A stretch of 64,000 bases of DNA from contig OY970368.1 of the NCBI GenBank assembly GCA_963718615.1, positions 4,544,001 through 4,608,000 on the forward strand. Direction: 5' to 3'. The first letter of the stretch is position 1, and each line of letters opens with the position of its first letter. The stretch is from an uncultured cyanobacterium (lineage in GTDB: Bacteria; Cyanobacteriota; Cyanobacteriia; PCC-9006; JAAUQQ01). The translations under genes were made by a program, and so were the position numbers. Below are positions 29,548 to 39,987 of the stretch, one piece after another. Under the pieces are notes generated by a model. That model worked only from the letters and a program-made list of their open reading frames with translations. It searched no databases and was not told where the DNA came from.

Positions 29548-30930
29548 ATGGTGGGTCCCGCTTCGTCCCAGGCCTTTCTGCGCCAGATCGCCCCGGAAAA
29601 CGCTGCCCCCCCTGACAGCCGTTATCCTGGTCAACCTGGTGAGACGATCGATCGCTGGCATTTACTCTCTTGCAGCGAAGAGGTTCACATTGGGCGCGAT
29701 CCCCGCTGCGCGATTGTCGTGGAGGCTAGCCAGCATCGGGCGGTGTCCCGTCACCATGCGGTGGTGCGTCCGGTGGCTTCGACCTGGGAATTGTGCGACC
29801 TCAACAGTGCCAATGGCACCTATCTCAATGGCGATCGCCTCTGGGGCTGTCGGATGTTGGGACGGGGCGATCGCATTCAGCTTGGTCAGTCGGGTCCGGT
29901 TTTTGTCTTTGAATACCGAGAGTCAACCGATGTTGGGCCGGGACGCTTAACAGAGCGCTTAACGGGACATGTCGGAACCCGGTCAGTGACACCGCCCCCT
30001 CAGCCCGTCACCTTCACCCAGCTCTTTCCGATTCTGTCGACGGGTCAAGACTTGGCCCATAAAGCCTATTTAATTCCGGGCAGCGTTACCGTTTTAGTCG
30101 TAGTTTCGCTGTTTTTGACCGTTGGCGAACCCCAGCAATTTAATCCCCTGTTAGCGAGCTATTTGGGGGCAGCGGGCTATTACTTTGTCTATCGGCTGTG
30201 CGGCAAACACAAGCCCTGGTGGCTGTTGGTGGGCACCGCTGCCTTTACCTTTGCCCTGCTGAATAGTCCGTTGTTGACGCTGTTTATCTGGTTTTTTCGA
30301 GGGGTTTTGCCCGGTCAATTGCCCCAGCCCCACGAAACCCTCGGCCCATTGGCGCTGTTTGGGCGCATGTTTTTGGGGGCAGGGCTGATGGAAGAGTTGA
30401 TCAAGGCAATCCCGGTTTTGGGAGTTTTGCTCCTGGGCCGGTTTGTGTCGCCCCGCTGGCAATCCCAGGTGGGGATCCGCGAGCCCTTGGATGGAATTTT
30501 GCTGGGGGCAGCTTCGGCGGTGGGGTTTACGCTGCTCGAAACCCTGGGCCAGTATGTTCCTAATGTGACCCATGTCAATGCCCTAGAGGTGGGCCTATCC
30601 AATGCCCAGTTGGCGGGGCTACAGCTTTTGATTCCGCGCTTGTTGGGGTCGATCGCCGGCCACATGGCCTATAGCGGCTATCTGGGCTATTTCATTGGTC
30701 TCAGCGTTCTCGTGCCCCACCACCGTTGGCGCATTTTGATTGTGGGTTACGGCACTGCGGCTTTGCTCCATGCGCTCTGGAATGTCATGGGCAGCTACAG
30801 TGCTTTTTTGCTGGTTTTGGTGGGGGTGCTGTCCTATGCCTTTCTGGTAGCCGCGATTCTCAAGGCTCGCGCCCTGTCGCCAACCCGCGCCCAGAACTTT
30901 GCCACAAGATTTTCTCAAGATCCTCCCTAA
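29548..30930 (+). CDS. FHA domain + PrsW-family intramembrane metalloprotease
   Basis: IGRD, VSRHHA, DLNSANGTYLN (FHA); MEELIK, GFTLLE, GH, LHALWN (PrsW). Confidence 0.9.
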   Translation: MVGPASSQAFLRQIAPENAAPPDSRYPGQPGETIDRWHLLSCSEEVHIGRDPRCAIVVEASQHRAVSRHHAVVRPVASTWELCDLNSANGTYLNGDRLWGCRMLGRGDRIQLGQSGPVFVFEYRESTDVGPGRLTERLTGHVGTRSVTPPPQPVTFTQLFPILSTGQDLAHKAYLIPGSVTVLVVVSLFLTVGEPQQFNPLLASYLGAAGYYFVYRLCGKHKPWWLLVGTAAFTFALLNSPLLTLFIWFFRGVLPGQLPQPHETLGPLALFGRMFLGAGLMEELIKAIPVLGVLLLGRFVSPRWQSQVGIREPLDGILLGAASAVGFTLLETLGQYVPNVTHVNALEVGLSNAQLAGLQLLIPRLLGSIAGHMAYSGYLGYFIGLSVLVPHHRWRILIVGYGTAALLHALWNVMGSYSAFLLVLVGVLSYAFLVAAILKARALSPTRAQNFATRFSQDPP

Positions 30931-31179
30931 GCCATTCCCCAGCGGCTTCAGCCGTCCGCAAGGGGGTTGCTCCTCCCCTCAAGCACCGGGGTCAATGCCC
31001 TGGTCAGCCGATGGGCCGATCTCTAAACTGGCTACTCAAGCTCAACCGTCGTTGTCTTGTTCGCGTCGGGGTAACTCAGTTGAAGCGATATAGATATCAG
31101 GTCTCAATGCTTTCGAGAGGTCCCTCCGGAAGCGTTGCGAATTGATATAGAGTCTTTTTTGATGCGCAAAGGATAGACC

Positions 31180-32469
31180 ATGAAGATTTTTCGTCGGGTG
31201 CTCCCTGCGGCTACGGCCTCACTGGCCGCTTCGGTTACGGCCTCGTTGCTCCTGAGCACGGCCCTAGTGAACCCACCGACCCAAGCTCAAACCACATTTG
31301 GCAAGCAAGAAGTCGATCAACAGCGCTATGTGGCGATCGCCTCTCCCATCGGCGGCGGTGCCAGTCACCAGCTTTTGGTCGTAGAACAAATTAAAGATTC
31401 TCCCCTCTGTTGGAGTGAGTCGGGCAGTGCGCCAACCCTGGTTAATCCGCTGCTGCTGACCTTTAACTTCTCGGGGATTTGCGGTCGCAGTACCGATGCC
31501 AACGGCTATTCCATCCGCGTGGCGGATCAGGATTTGGCGCTGCAATATAGCGTGGCTGTGGTTCACCAAGGCGGTGATTTGGTATTAATTGGTCGTCCCC
31601 AAAGTCGTCAGAACCCGTCCCTAGAGATCGGTCGAGCCTACGGCGATACGACGGATTTTGCCAAAATCGTCCTCAATCCTGGCTGGCGCTTTACCCGCCG
31701 GACCTTCAATGGTCAAACCCTGGGCCATGTTTACCTGACCAATGACCAGTCCCTAGCCAGTCTGACCGGACAAAGCACGGCCCAAAATCCACCGCCGACC
31801 CCTACTCCTACGCCAACGCCGACGCCGACGCCCACACCGACCCCTACGCCGACAACACCCGCGATTCAATTCAGCGATATCAGCACCGATCTCTATCGCA
31901 CAGAAATCGAGCAGGCCGTGTCCCTAGGATTTGTCAGTGGATTTGAAAACGGGACGTTCCGCCCCACGGAGTCGCTGACGCGGGAGCAACTGGTTTCCAT
32001 TGTGGTGGAAGCACTGCAACGGCTGCCGGGGGTTACGCCGGAAACGATTAACCCAGCCCTGGGCAATCCCTATCCCGATGTGGCCAGCAATCGCTGGAGT
32101 GCGGCTAAGATTGCCTTTGCGCGCGATCGCAACATCGTCGCCGGTTATAAAGAAGATGGCACGTTCCGCCCTACCCAAACCGTTACCCGTGCCGAATTGA
32201 TTGCTGTGGTTCGCCGCGCGGCGGAATATGGCCGGACCCGCCGAGGTCTTCCGGCTCAGCTCCAGGGTACCCAGACGCCGCGCCAATTTGCGGATCTGAC
32301 GGGCCATTGGGCCGAGCAAACCGTGACCCAAATGTCCGGCTATTGCGGCGTATCTTCTCCCCTAAACGAAACCGGCAACTCGTTCTTCCCCAATACCCCT
32401 GCCCTGCGCAACTACGCCACCGCAGCCACTCTGCGGATGTTTAACTGCGTGCGGACTGCCGGATCCTAG
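31180..32469 (+). CDS. Exported DUF3747 + Pro/Thr linker + SLH-domain protein
   Basis: Signal peptide; LLVVEQI...PLLL.FNFSGICGRSTDANGYSIR; (PT)n linker; GFVSGFENGTFRP SLH repeats. Confidence 0.88.
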   Translation: MKIFRRVLPAATASLAASVTASLLLSTALVNPPTQAQTTFGKQEVDQQRYVAIASPIGGGASHQLLVVEQIKDSPLCWSESGSAPTLVNPLLLTFNFSGICGRSTDANGYSIRVADQDLALQYSVAVVHQGGDLVLIGRPQSRQNPSLEIGRAYGDTTDFAKIVLNPGWRFTRRTFNGQTLGHVYLTNDQSLASLTGQSTAQNPPPTPTPTPTPTPTPTPTPTPTTPAIQFSDISTDLYRTEIEQAVSLGFVSGFENGTFRPTESLTREQLVSIVVEALQRLPGVTPETINPALGNPYPDVASNRWSAAKIAFARDRNIVAGYKEDGTFRPTQTVTRAELIAVVRRAAEYGRTRRGLPAQLQGTQTPRQFADLTGHWAEQTVTQMSGYCGVSSPLNETGNSFFPNTPALRNYATAATLRMFNCVRTAGS

Positions 32470-32512
32470 CCCCCGGTTTTTCAACCAACCCCTCCGCCTA
32501 GATCCTCACCCC

Positions 32513-33394
32513 ATGAGCCCTTCGAGCCAGCTCCCCGATCCATCGGCCTCTCCTCTGGTCAACCGAGAAGTGATCCTGCAAGATTGCTTCCAGGGTGCCC
32601 TAATGGGCAGTTTGGCGGGGGCCGTGGCGGGAGGGCTCCCTCCGGAGCAGCTAGATTCGCTCTGGGCCAGTTTGCAGCAAGGGGCGATCGCCCTACGCTC
32701 CCATCCTCCTGCCATTCCGCCGGTCCCCTCCGCTGTCCCGGTTGAAATCCTCTTGAGCCGGTTACCCGCACTCTTATTGGTCCATGACGATGAGAACTCC
32801 CGCCGGTTACTCGGGCAAACTTGGTTTATTCCCCAAGCTGAACCCGACGCTGCTCCCGACGCTGAACCCGAAATCGCTCACCTCGCTGCCGCTGGAGAAT
32901 GGCTCGCCGAGGCGATCGCCGCTCTCCTCTGCAATACCCCCTTCCCGAGCCCTCCCCCAGCTTTAGCCCTAGACCCAGCCCTAAATCCAGCCCTGAATCT
33001 AGCCCTAAACCCAGACGCAGTCGACCTTCCGAGCCCTTGCCAATCCCTTGGGGTAGAGCTTTGTCAAGCGCGCGATCGCTTCTGCACCTACCCCGAACAG
33101 TGGGATCTGTGCCTCCAGCATCCAACTGCCGACTTCCAACCCCCACCCTCCAGCCTCACCCCCACTCTCCTCGGCCTCTGGTTCGGTGCTGCCCAAGGCA
33201 TTCGCAGCCTGCCCTTCCAGGCTCAACAGCCCCTCCTGGCTCTCCAGCAACCGATTCAGCACTTAGCGATCGAACTTTTTTCCCGCTGGGCAGGCTGCAA
33301 CGAATTCCAGGAAGTCGGTGTAAGCTGGGGAGGAGTCCCCTCATCAACGTCAGCATCTCCATCTGTTCTAGGGTGCGCTCCTCGGGGCCGCTGA
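32513..33394 (+). CDS. Divergent ADP-ribosylglycohydrolase-like protein
   Basis: FQGALMGSLAG N-terminal and LLGLWFGAAQGIRSLP C-terminal ARH-like segments; catalytic Asp motifs not visible. Confidence 0.5.
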   Translation: MSPSSQLPDPSASPLVNREVILQDCFQGALMGSLAGAVAGGLPPEQLDSLWASLQQGAIALRSHPPAIPPVPSAVPVEILLSRLPALLLVHDDENSRRLLGQTWFIPQAEPDAAPDAEPEIAHLAAAGEWLAEAIAALLCNTPFPSPPPALALDPALNPALNLALNPDAVDLPSPCQSLGVELCQARDRFCTYPEQWDLCLQHPTADFQPPPSSLTPTLLGLWFGAAQGIRSLPFQAQQPLLALQQPIQHLAIELFSRWAGCNEFQEVGVSWGGVPSSTSASPSVLGCAPRGR

Positions 33395-33416
33395 AGTTGC
33401 GTCACGCTGAGTTGCC

Positions 33417-35930
33417 ATGAAAATGCTTCAGTCCCTAGTCCGGCCCTTAGTACGGCAGATCGAAAAGCAATTTCAGCGCCAGTCAGTTCCCTCCTCTTCC
33501 GGGAAGCAGGCTGCACCTTGGGTACTTCCCCCCGCCCCGCCTCTCGACTATGCCGTTCCGCGTTCTGGCTCGCGTAGGTTTAGATTATTGCCCTTGCTTA
33601 CCTCCCGACGACCGGGCCAAACCCGTTCCGCAGTCCTGTTTATTGTCGCCGTCACGTCCTTAACCGGTGTTACGGGTCAGCGCTTTTACAATCAACCGGC
33701 GTTGGATGTGGGCCGAATGTCGCCTTGGACGGTCTATGCCCCGGAGGATGCGACAGTACCGAATGCAAAAAAAACCGAAGAGTTGCGTCGTGCCGCCAAG
33801 ACTGCTTCGGTACCGGTGCTCAGTATCAGCACCGCCACGAATCGTGAGATTCGCACCAATCTCGATCGCTACCTCACCCATGGGGATGTGCTGCGCAGTC
33901 AACTCGGCTCCTTTCCGGCGATCGCCACCGACCGGCTCTCCACAGCAGTCCAAGCCTATCTGCGCCAAATTCCCAATGAGCAATGGACGCTACTCCTCAA
34001 GACAGCCTTACAACAGGCCGAGGCCAGTCCAGGTAAGGTTTCCCTGCGCGGGTCCGAGGATTTGGCCCAGCGGGCGATCGCCGAGCTTCTCAGCTACCGT
34101 CAGCGCACCTCTCCCAATTCCTTCGAGGCCCTGGTTCAAGAAGTCTGGGCCATGCGGCTCAACTATCGGGATGCCCAAGATCAGCTCAAGGACCCGGCGC
34201 TTTCGGAACTGAATGCTGCTTATAGTCCGGATTTGTTTTTGTTGAGCGATCGCCAATGGGAAAAACTCCAGACCAGCATCCAAACGGTGTTGGCCAATAT
34301 TTTGATCCAGGGGATTGCCCCCGGTGTGCCCCAGGAAGGCATTGATCGGGCCGTGGCGTTGCATGTGCGCTTGGCCATCTCATCGCCGGAGCACACCGAT
34401 GTTGAGCGTCATTTGGCCGCCCAGGTTCTTTCCAAGGTCGTTAAAGCAAACCTGGAGCAGGATCTCGAACAAACTCAACTCAAGGCCGAACGGGCGGCTC
34501 AGGCGATCGATCCCGTAATGATTAGTATTCGCAAGGGCGAAGTCATTGTCAGTGAAGGGGATGAAATTAAGCCCGACCAATTGGTGTTACTCGATCGGTT
34601 CAACAAAAGCGAGCGGCGACAAAACTGGCTGGGTCTGGCCGGATTGGGGAGCGTCATCTGCCTCGAAGTCGTGGTTTTCTGTGTCTTCAAGCAAAAGTTC
34701 TCTCCCCGAATGCGGCGGCGGGACTCCATTGTGATTTTAATTTTGGCGCTGAGTACGCCACTGATGTTTTTGCTCAGGCTGCCGACGAGCAGTCTCCCCG
34801 CCATGGGATTACTGATCGGCAGTTTTTATGGGTCTCCCCTAGGCGTCACGGCGGTCGTCCTCATGACAGCGGCGCTACCTATTGGGCTGGAAATCGATAC
34901 GCAAGTTCTTTTGGCCAGTGCTGCCAGCGGTATGGTTGCGGCGTTTGTGGCGGGGCGGCTGCGGGCGCGGGAAGAGCTGGCACTGCTGGGGCTTGGGGTC
35001 GCGTTGACCCAGGGGTTGGTGCATCTGATCGTGGCGTTGATTGTGAGCGGAGCCGCAGGGCCGGTCTGGTATGTTTTTCTACGCAATGCGGGAGGCTATG
35101 CCCTCGAAGGATTGGCCTGGTGCATTGTGGCTTTGGGGGTGAGTCCCTATCTGGAGCGGTTGTTTGACCTGGTTACGCCGATTCGCTTGGCTGAGCTCTC
35201 TAACCCCAATCGACCCATGCTGCAACGGCTCGCCGCCGAAACCCCTGGCACCTTCCAGCACACGCTATTTGTGGCGACGCTGGCGGAGGCGGCGGCTCGC
35301 ACCCTTGGCTGCAATGTTGAACTGGTCCGGGCTGGAACGCTTTATCACGACATCGGCAAGATGCATGACCCTCAGTCCTTTATCGAGAATCAAATGGGGG
35401 GACCGAATAAGCACGACCTGATCGATGACCCCTGGGAAAGCGCGGCTATTATTCGCAAACATGTCACCGCTGGCCTTGTCATGGCCCGTCGTTGCCGCTT
35501 GCCGCGCGCGCTACAGGCCTTTATTCCCGAACATCAGGGGACAATGCTGATTACCTATTTTTATCATGAGGCCAAACGGCGGGCAGCGGAAAATCCGGAT
35601 AAGTACACGGTTAACGAGGCAGATTTTCGCTATGACGGCCCGATTCCTCAGTCGCGGGAGACAGGCATTGTGATGTTGGCGGATTCCTGTGAGGCGGCTT
35701 TGCGATCGCTCAAGGATGCCTCCACCGAAGAAGCGCTTAACATGGTCAAGAAAATCATGCGGGCGCGTTGGCAGGATGAACAGCTTGTGGATTCCGGACT
35801 CAGTCGTGAAGATCTCAACGTCATTGCCGATGTTTTTGTGCAAATTTGGCAGCAGTTTCACCATAAACGCATTCCCTACCCCGGCAGCCCCCGACCGCCG
35901 GTATCCTTTTCTCCAGGACCGATCGCGTGA
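33417..35930 (+). CDS. 7TM HD/HDIG phosphohydrolase (PgpH-like cyclic dinucleotide phosphodiesterase)
   Basis: Large extracytoplasmic domain, 7 TM, PGTFQH, LYHDIGK, EHQGT, MLADSCEAA. Confidence 0.9.
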   Translation: MKMLQSLVRPLVRQIEKQFQRQSVPSSSGKQAAPWVLPPAPPLDYAVPRSGSRRFRLLPLLTSRRPGQTRSAVLFIVAVTSLTGVTGQRFYNQPALDVGRMSPWTVYAPEDATVPNAKKTEELRRAAKTASVPVLSISTATNREIRTNLDRYLTHGDVLRSQLGSFPAIATDRLSTAVQAYLRQIPNEQWTLLLKTALQQAEASPGKVSLRGSEDLAQRAIAELLSYRQRTSPNSFEALVQEVWAMRLNYRDAQDQLKDPALSELNAAYSPDLFLLSDRQWEKLQTSIQTVLANILIQGIAPGVPQEGIDRAVALHVRLAISSPEHTDVERHLAAQVLSKVVKANLEQDLEQTQLKAERAAQAIDPVMISIRKGEVIVSEGDEIKPDQLVLLDRFNKSERRQNWLGLAGLGSVICLEVVVFCVFKQKFSPRMRRRDSIVILILALSTPLMFLLRLPTSSLPAMGLLIGSFYGSPLGVTAVVLMTAALPIGLEIDTQVLLASAASGMVAAFVAGRLRAREELALLGLGVALTQGLVHLIVALIVSGAAGPVWYVFLRNAGGYALEGLAWCIVALGVSPYLERLFDLVTPIRLAELSNPNRPMLQRLAAETPGTFQHTLFVATLAEAAARTLGCNVELVRAGTLYHDIGKMHDPQSFIENQMGGPNKHDLIDDPWESAAIIRKHVTAGLVMARRCRLPRALQAFIPEHQGTMLITYFYHEAKRRAAENPDKYTVNEADFRYDGPIPQSRETGIVMLADSCEAALRSLKDASTEEALNMVKKIMRARWQDEQLVDSGLSREDLNVIADVFVQIWQQFHHKRIPYPGSPRPPVSFSPGPIA

Positions 35931-35960
35931 GGGAAAAGACCTATAGCGATAAAACCCCTA

Positions 35961-36446
35961 ATGATTATGAAAGTCCCTGCCATTGCCCTGGGTTTGCTGC
36001 TGGGGGGAAGTTTTGCGGCCTTGGGCGCAGAACCTAGCCCCTCCTCTGCACCCCTAACGGATCAACCCCTGGAGCCCCGTTCCGAGATCTGCCAAATTCT
36101 CGACAATCAACGGCTGGGTATGCGCCAAGCCGCCGCTGCTGCGCGGATTCGCCAAGACCCTGAGTCAGAATTGCTGTTGGCCGATCAGAAAGTGGATGAA
36201 GTGATCGTTCTGGGCTGGTTTCCCGATGAACCCTATGTGGTGGTGGTACCGGGGCGCGATCGCGATCGCCTCTCCCAGGTGCGTCGCTGTATGCCCGACG
36301 CCATGATTTTGCCTTCGCGGCGTGGATCCTATATTCATGCGGCGAGTTTTCGAGATCGCGCCTCCGCCGAAAAACTTTCGGATTATCTTCGCGAGGAAGG
36401 TTTTGATGCCCGTGTCGCCTATTTTCAGCCTTCCCGAAGACGTTGA
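35961..36446 (+). CDS. Exported hypothetical protein with SPOR-like C-terminus
   Basis: Signal peptide; PYVVVVP...SRRGSYI...F.DR..AE.L...LR..GFDARV. Confidence 0.7.
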   Translation: MIMKVPAIALGLLLGGSFAALGAEPSPSSAPLTDQPLEPRSEICQILDNQRLGMRQAAAAARIRQDPESELLLADQKVDEVIVLGWFPDEPYVVVVPGRDRDRLSQVRRCMPDAMILPSRRGSYIHAASFRDRASAEKLSDYLREEGFDARVAYFQPSRRR

Positions 36447-36552
36447 TAGAGACAGAGCAGGGACAGAGCAATGCCCTGTCCCCGATGCAATTCTTTGATG
36501 CTAGTCTGTCCCTGAGTTGACCCTGGTTTGCGCGTAAAGGCTATTCCAAGAG

Positions 36553-37260
36553 TTAGCGCTGAAGATTGATCTGCGCATTTGGCGGCAGACAGATCAGGTT
36601 GTCACCATAGATGCGAATCAAGCCCCGCTGACGCAAGCGACCCATCAATCGGGTTACGGTCACACGGGTTGAGCCAATGGCACTACCAATCTGGGCATGG
36701 GTCAACGACCAAGGGAGGCAGTAGCCCGCTTCGCAGGGTTCGCCATACTCTTCAATCAGCAGCGTCAAAAAGCCCAGGAGGCGATCGATCGTGCGACGCT
36801 GGCCCAGGGTGCTCAACCAGAGCAACTTACGCTGGTGCTGATAGCGGAAAGCATCTAGTACTTCACGCCGGAAGTGGGGCCAATTATCCAAATCATTCCA
36901 GTACATCCACAGAACCGAGGTTTGGTCGGTGTGGGCATAGGCCTGAAGCGTAAAGGGCGATTGGGCCACAATCTCAAAGGGATGGCCTGCGCCAACAAAC
37001 CCCAAAAAGGCTTCTTCTAAGGCGATTTGCGAAAGGGCAACGCTATTGGGTTTGGCCGAAGCCGTCAACTGGGTATTGCCCACAAGACGAACGGAACCCC
37101 GCTGTACCAGATACAAGAGACCGGGACGAACCGGAATCTTCTCATCTTTGCTGAACGTCCGGCACCGATAGTGCTCTTGCGCCCAGTCAATGATGCGCTG
37201 CCATGTTAGGAATGGCCGAGATGACTCTGATGATTGGGGAGACACGACTGATGAATACAT
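36553..37260 (-). CDS. devH: Crp/Fnr-family transcription factor, DevH-like
   Basis: RPFLTWQRIIDWAQEHYRCRTF N-terminus; HTH LTHAQIGSAIGSTRVTVTRL; resembles Anabaena DevH as recalled. Confidence 0.8.
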   Translation of the reverse strand: MYSSVVSPQSSESSRPFLTWQRIIDWAQEHYRCRTFSKDEKIPVRPGLLYLVQRGSVRLVGNTQLTASAKPNSVALSQIALEEAFLGFVGAGHPFEIVAQSPFTLQAYAHTDQTSVLWMYWNDLDNWPHFRREVLDAFRYQHQRKLLWLSTLGQRRTIDRLLGFLTLLIEEYGEPCEAGYCLPWSLTHAQIGSAIGSTRVTVTRLMGRLRQRGLIRIYGDNLICLPPNAQINLQR

Positions 37261-37703
37261 GGGTAAATTCGAGGTGGATCTTGTAACGTCGATGGACCTG
37301 GGGGCTCAGTCCAGCTATTTTGCGAAGTTCGCCCCACACAGCTAATGGCAGATAGCAAGCCCTGCAACGATGCTCTCCTACTAGGTCCCTGAGTCAAACG
37401 AGTAGGTCCACACCACCCGAAAATCCCCGAGAGTTCACGGATGAACAAAAGCCGGGAATGTTGTATTCGAGGTTGCGCGATCGCAAATTTTCAAAGCCTC
37501 ACAGCAGCGAAGAGTCGTGAACGATCCCTATAGAGCTGGTCTGAGCGAAGTTTGCGACGGACGTCATCGCTTGAAAACCTTGGTTTGAGCAGGGATTTCA
37601 AGATTAAGTAGATACACGCAAGCTAATCATACCACAATTAACTGAGGTAGAAAGGGGCAAGGGTAAACACTTACGTGTTTTCTATATTTTGTACACATAG
37701 AGA

Positions 37704-38606
37704 ATGGCCGTATCCGTGATGACTTTGATTTCTTTGTCGCAACTGATCACCGGACTTCTACGGTTCACATTGGCTCAATCCCAAGCTGGACAAGGCTTTC
37801 TCGCTACGCGCCCGGTCTTGCCGCTGCGCCGCCTGCCGGTAGATTCCGGACTGTATTACCGATCGGGGGTGGCTCTCCCCTTCGGCGCTTTTTTGGGGAA
37901 ATTGCCGCAGGCGATCGCCTCCGACCTCACCGCCCAAGTGCTCAAAGCCCTGAGTGGTCCTGACAACTCGTATTTTTACGACTCGTTGACATTATTAACA
38001 AAGGTAAAAGGTTCAGCGCCGCAGGCTGGGACGATGCAGAGCCAGGATTGCCGGGACTGGGCTTTAGCGCTCCGTCCTCAGTTTTGCCCCCCCCATTGGC
38101 TCGACTGGGTGTTGCCCGAGGCGTTTGTGGAAACTTGGCTGATGACCCAGGCCGTTGACCGCTCAGAATCTGCTGTCCCCGTCCTTTCTCTCGCCCCAGA
38201 CACCCTCTTTCGCTGGCATCATGCCCATGCCCGCTGCACTGCGCTGCTGGCGGCGATCGCAGCCTCAGACGAACCCCAACCCGCACTCCATCGGCAAAAT
38301 GGCCTACCGTTTTGGCAGTGGCCTGGCATTCTAGATTGGGTGGGAGCGCTGGCGGATGCCACGGATGCAGCAAATGCGGCAAATGCGGCGATTTCTGCAC
38401 AGTCTGGCAAATCCTGGAGCCGAGCAACGACCGAGCTGACCCAGGCGATCGACCAGATCCACCGAACTTATCCCCTGCAAAATAAAAGACATCTCAGCAT
38501 AATGGCGGAGAAGGAAAACGTTCGGTTACTTGGGGGGCGATCGCAAGCCGCACTTCACCAGGCGCTTCTCGATCTCGCCGGACAAAGGCCAGTGGCCGAA
38601 TTGTAA
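37704..38606 (+). CDS. DALR anticodon-binding-like protein (ArgRS-derived, no catalytic core)
   Basis: YYRSGVAL and HHAHARCTALL (cf. ArgRS YAHAR); C-terminal VAEL. Confidence 0.6.
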   Translation: MAVSVMTLISLSQLITGLLRFTLAQSQAGQGFLATRPVLPLRRLPVDSGLYYRSGVALPFGAFLGKLPQAIASDLTAQVLKALSGPDNSYFYDSLTLLTKVKGSAPQAGTMQSQDCRDWALALRPQFCPPHWLDWVLPEAFVETWLMTQAVDRSESAVPVLSLAPDTLFRWHHAHARCTALLAAIAASDEPQPALHRQNGLPFWQWPGILDWVGALADATDAANAANAAISAQSGKSWSRATTELTQAIDQIHRTYPLQNKRHLSIMAEKENVRLLGGRSQAALHQALLDLAGQRPVAEL

Positions 38607-38728
38607 TTACCGTAGCTTCATCCTGAACCCTTCACAGCGCCGAGCTCAATGCAGCCCTCTCCGCAAAATGACTGAGGGCAACTTCGCAATTTAGATGACA
38701 ACTCCCGTAACATTCGGTAATATCAAAG

Positions 38729-38800
38729 GCGTGTGAGGAGCGAACCAGAATGAAGGGTGCTGAGACGAAACACGGCCAGTCGTCAGCACCCTCTTCTGAT
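38729..38800 (+). ncRNA. yfr2: Yfr2-family small RNA
   Basis: 5' GTGTGAGGAG (38731-38740), complementary to the Yfr1 CUCCUCACAC motif; hairpin CAGAA-TGAAGGGTGCTGA...GAAACACGG...TCAGCACCCTC-TTCTG; -10 TAATAT at 38718-38723. Confidence 0.75.
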
Positions 38801-38945
38801 CTTTAGGTCTCTTGCCTCATCAGATTTCAGCATTCAGCTCCTATTCACCTGAAGCTAGCGTGAAGTTTTAGCTTACGGTTTTATTTGTCGGCAATTCCAC
38901 TGAAGCTAGGAATAGCCTCGCTTCTCTCTGCCCAAATCTGACCCG

Positions 38946-39932
38946 ATGCTGTTATCGAGCGACCCTGTCCCTATGATCGAGTTTCCTGCAAGGCGGCGAG
39001 CACGGCATTTAACCTTTGCCACCTTAGTATTGATACTTTGGGCCGTTTTGGTGATGCTGGCGCTTAAGCTATTGGTGGGTTGGGCAACGGGCTCCCTGGC
39101 GATTTTAGCCACAGCGATGCACACGCTGCTGACGAGCTTTAGTACGCTTATGGGTCTACAAAGCAGTCGTTTTTTTGTCCAGCGGCCTCGGGAATGGCCG
39201 AGCTGTCAGGGCTCCTTGGCAACGGGCACGCTGTTCTTGATGTGGAGCTTGCTGGGGTTTGGTGGCCTGAGTTTGTTGGTGCTGGTGGTCCAGCGTTGGC
39301 AAGGCATCGCAGGCGCAGCCCCTCTTCAGGTGTCCATTGCCCTGATTCAGCTCATGGGGCTCCTGGGTTTAGTAAGTTTTTGCTTTGCGCTGGTGGAGCG
39401 ATATATGGCCGGTGTCACCGAGAGCCTGTTGCTCAGCGGCAATGCACGGCTGCTCTTGCAGGAAGCCTGGCTGAATCTGCTGGTGCTCTGCGGTTTGCTG
39501 GTGATTCGCTACGGCTATAAAGGGGTGGATCTACTGCTGGTTCCCTTAATTTTGCTATTGGTCATCTTAAATGCTTGGCGCAATCTCCAACGCCATTGGC
39601 CCCAGTTGTTTCGTCCCCAGGCCATTGCCCCGGAGGCGATCGCCCACCTGGCCCAACGTATAGACGGCGTGCTCCGCTGTATCTCTGCCCAAAGCCATGG
39701 CCTCGTGGGGCGTCAGGTGCAGATCCATCTGCAACTGCTGATCCATCCGGAATTTGAGAGTCTTGCCACCAGTATTGGCCAACGGATTGAAGCAACCCTG
39801 CGTCACCACTATGGTTCGGTGGACGTCACCATCGAATTGGTCAACGAAAATGGTTCCCGGCGACAGCGTCTAGACCTGAATGCGCCCCCAACCGCCGATT
39901 TGATTTCCCTCGATTATTTGGACTGGAACTAG
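38946..39932 (+). CDS. Cation diffusion facilitator family transporter (divergent)
   Basis: LKLLVGWATGSLAILA.AMH, six TM helices, C-terminal dimerisation-type domain. Confidence 0.75.
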   Translation: MLLSSDPVPMIEFPARRRARHLTFATLVLILWAVLVMLALKLLVGWATGSLAILATAMHTLLTSFSTLMGLQSSRFFVQRPREWPSCQGSLATGTLFLMWSLLGFGGLSLLVLVVQRWQGIAGAAPLQVSIALIQLMGLLGLVSFCFALVERYMAGVTESLLLSGNARLLLQEAWLNLLVLCGLLVIRYGYKGVDLLLVPLILLLVILNAWRNLQRHWPQLFRPQAIAPEAIAHLAQRIDGVLRCISAQSHGLVGRQVQIHLQLLIHPEFESLATSIGQRIEATLRHHYGSVDVTIELVNENGSRRQRLDLNAPPTADLISLDYLDWN

Positions 39933-39987
39933 CGGAGAGCCCGTGCCCTAGACTCGTACCCTAGACTCGTGCCCTAGAAAAAGCGCC

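Noticed and set aside
37663-37680. NtcA site upstream of the DevH-like gene
   Set aside because: GTA-N6-TAC spacing instead of N8; the overlapping AAACAC-N4-GTGTTT palindrome is unassigned
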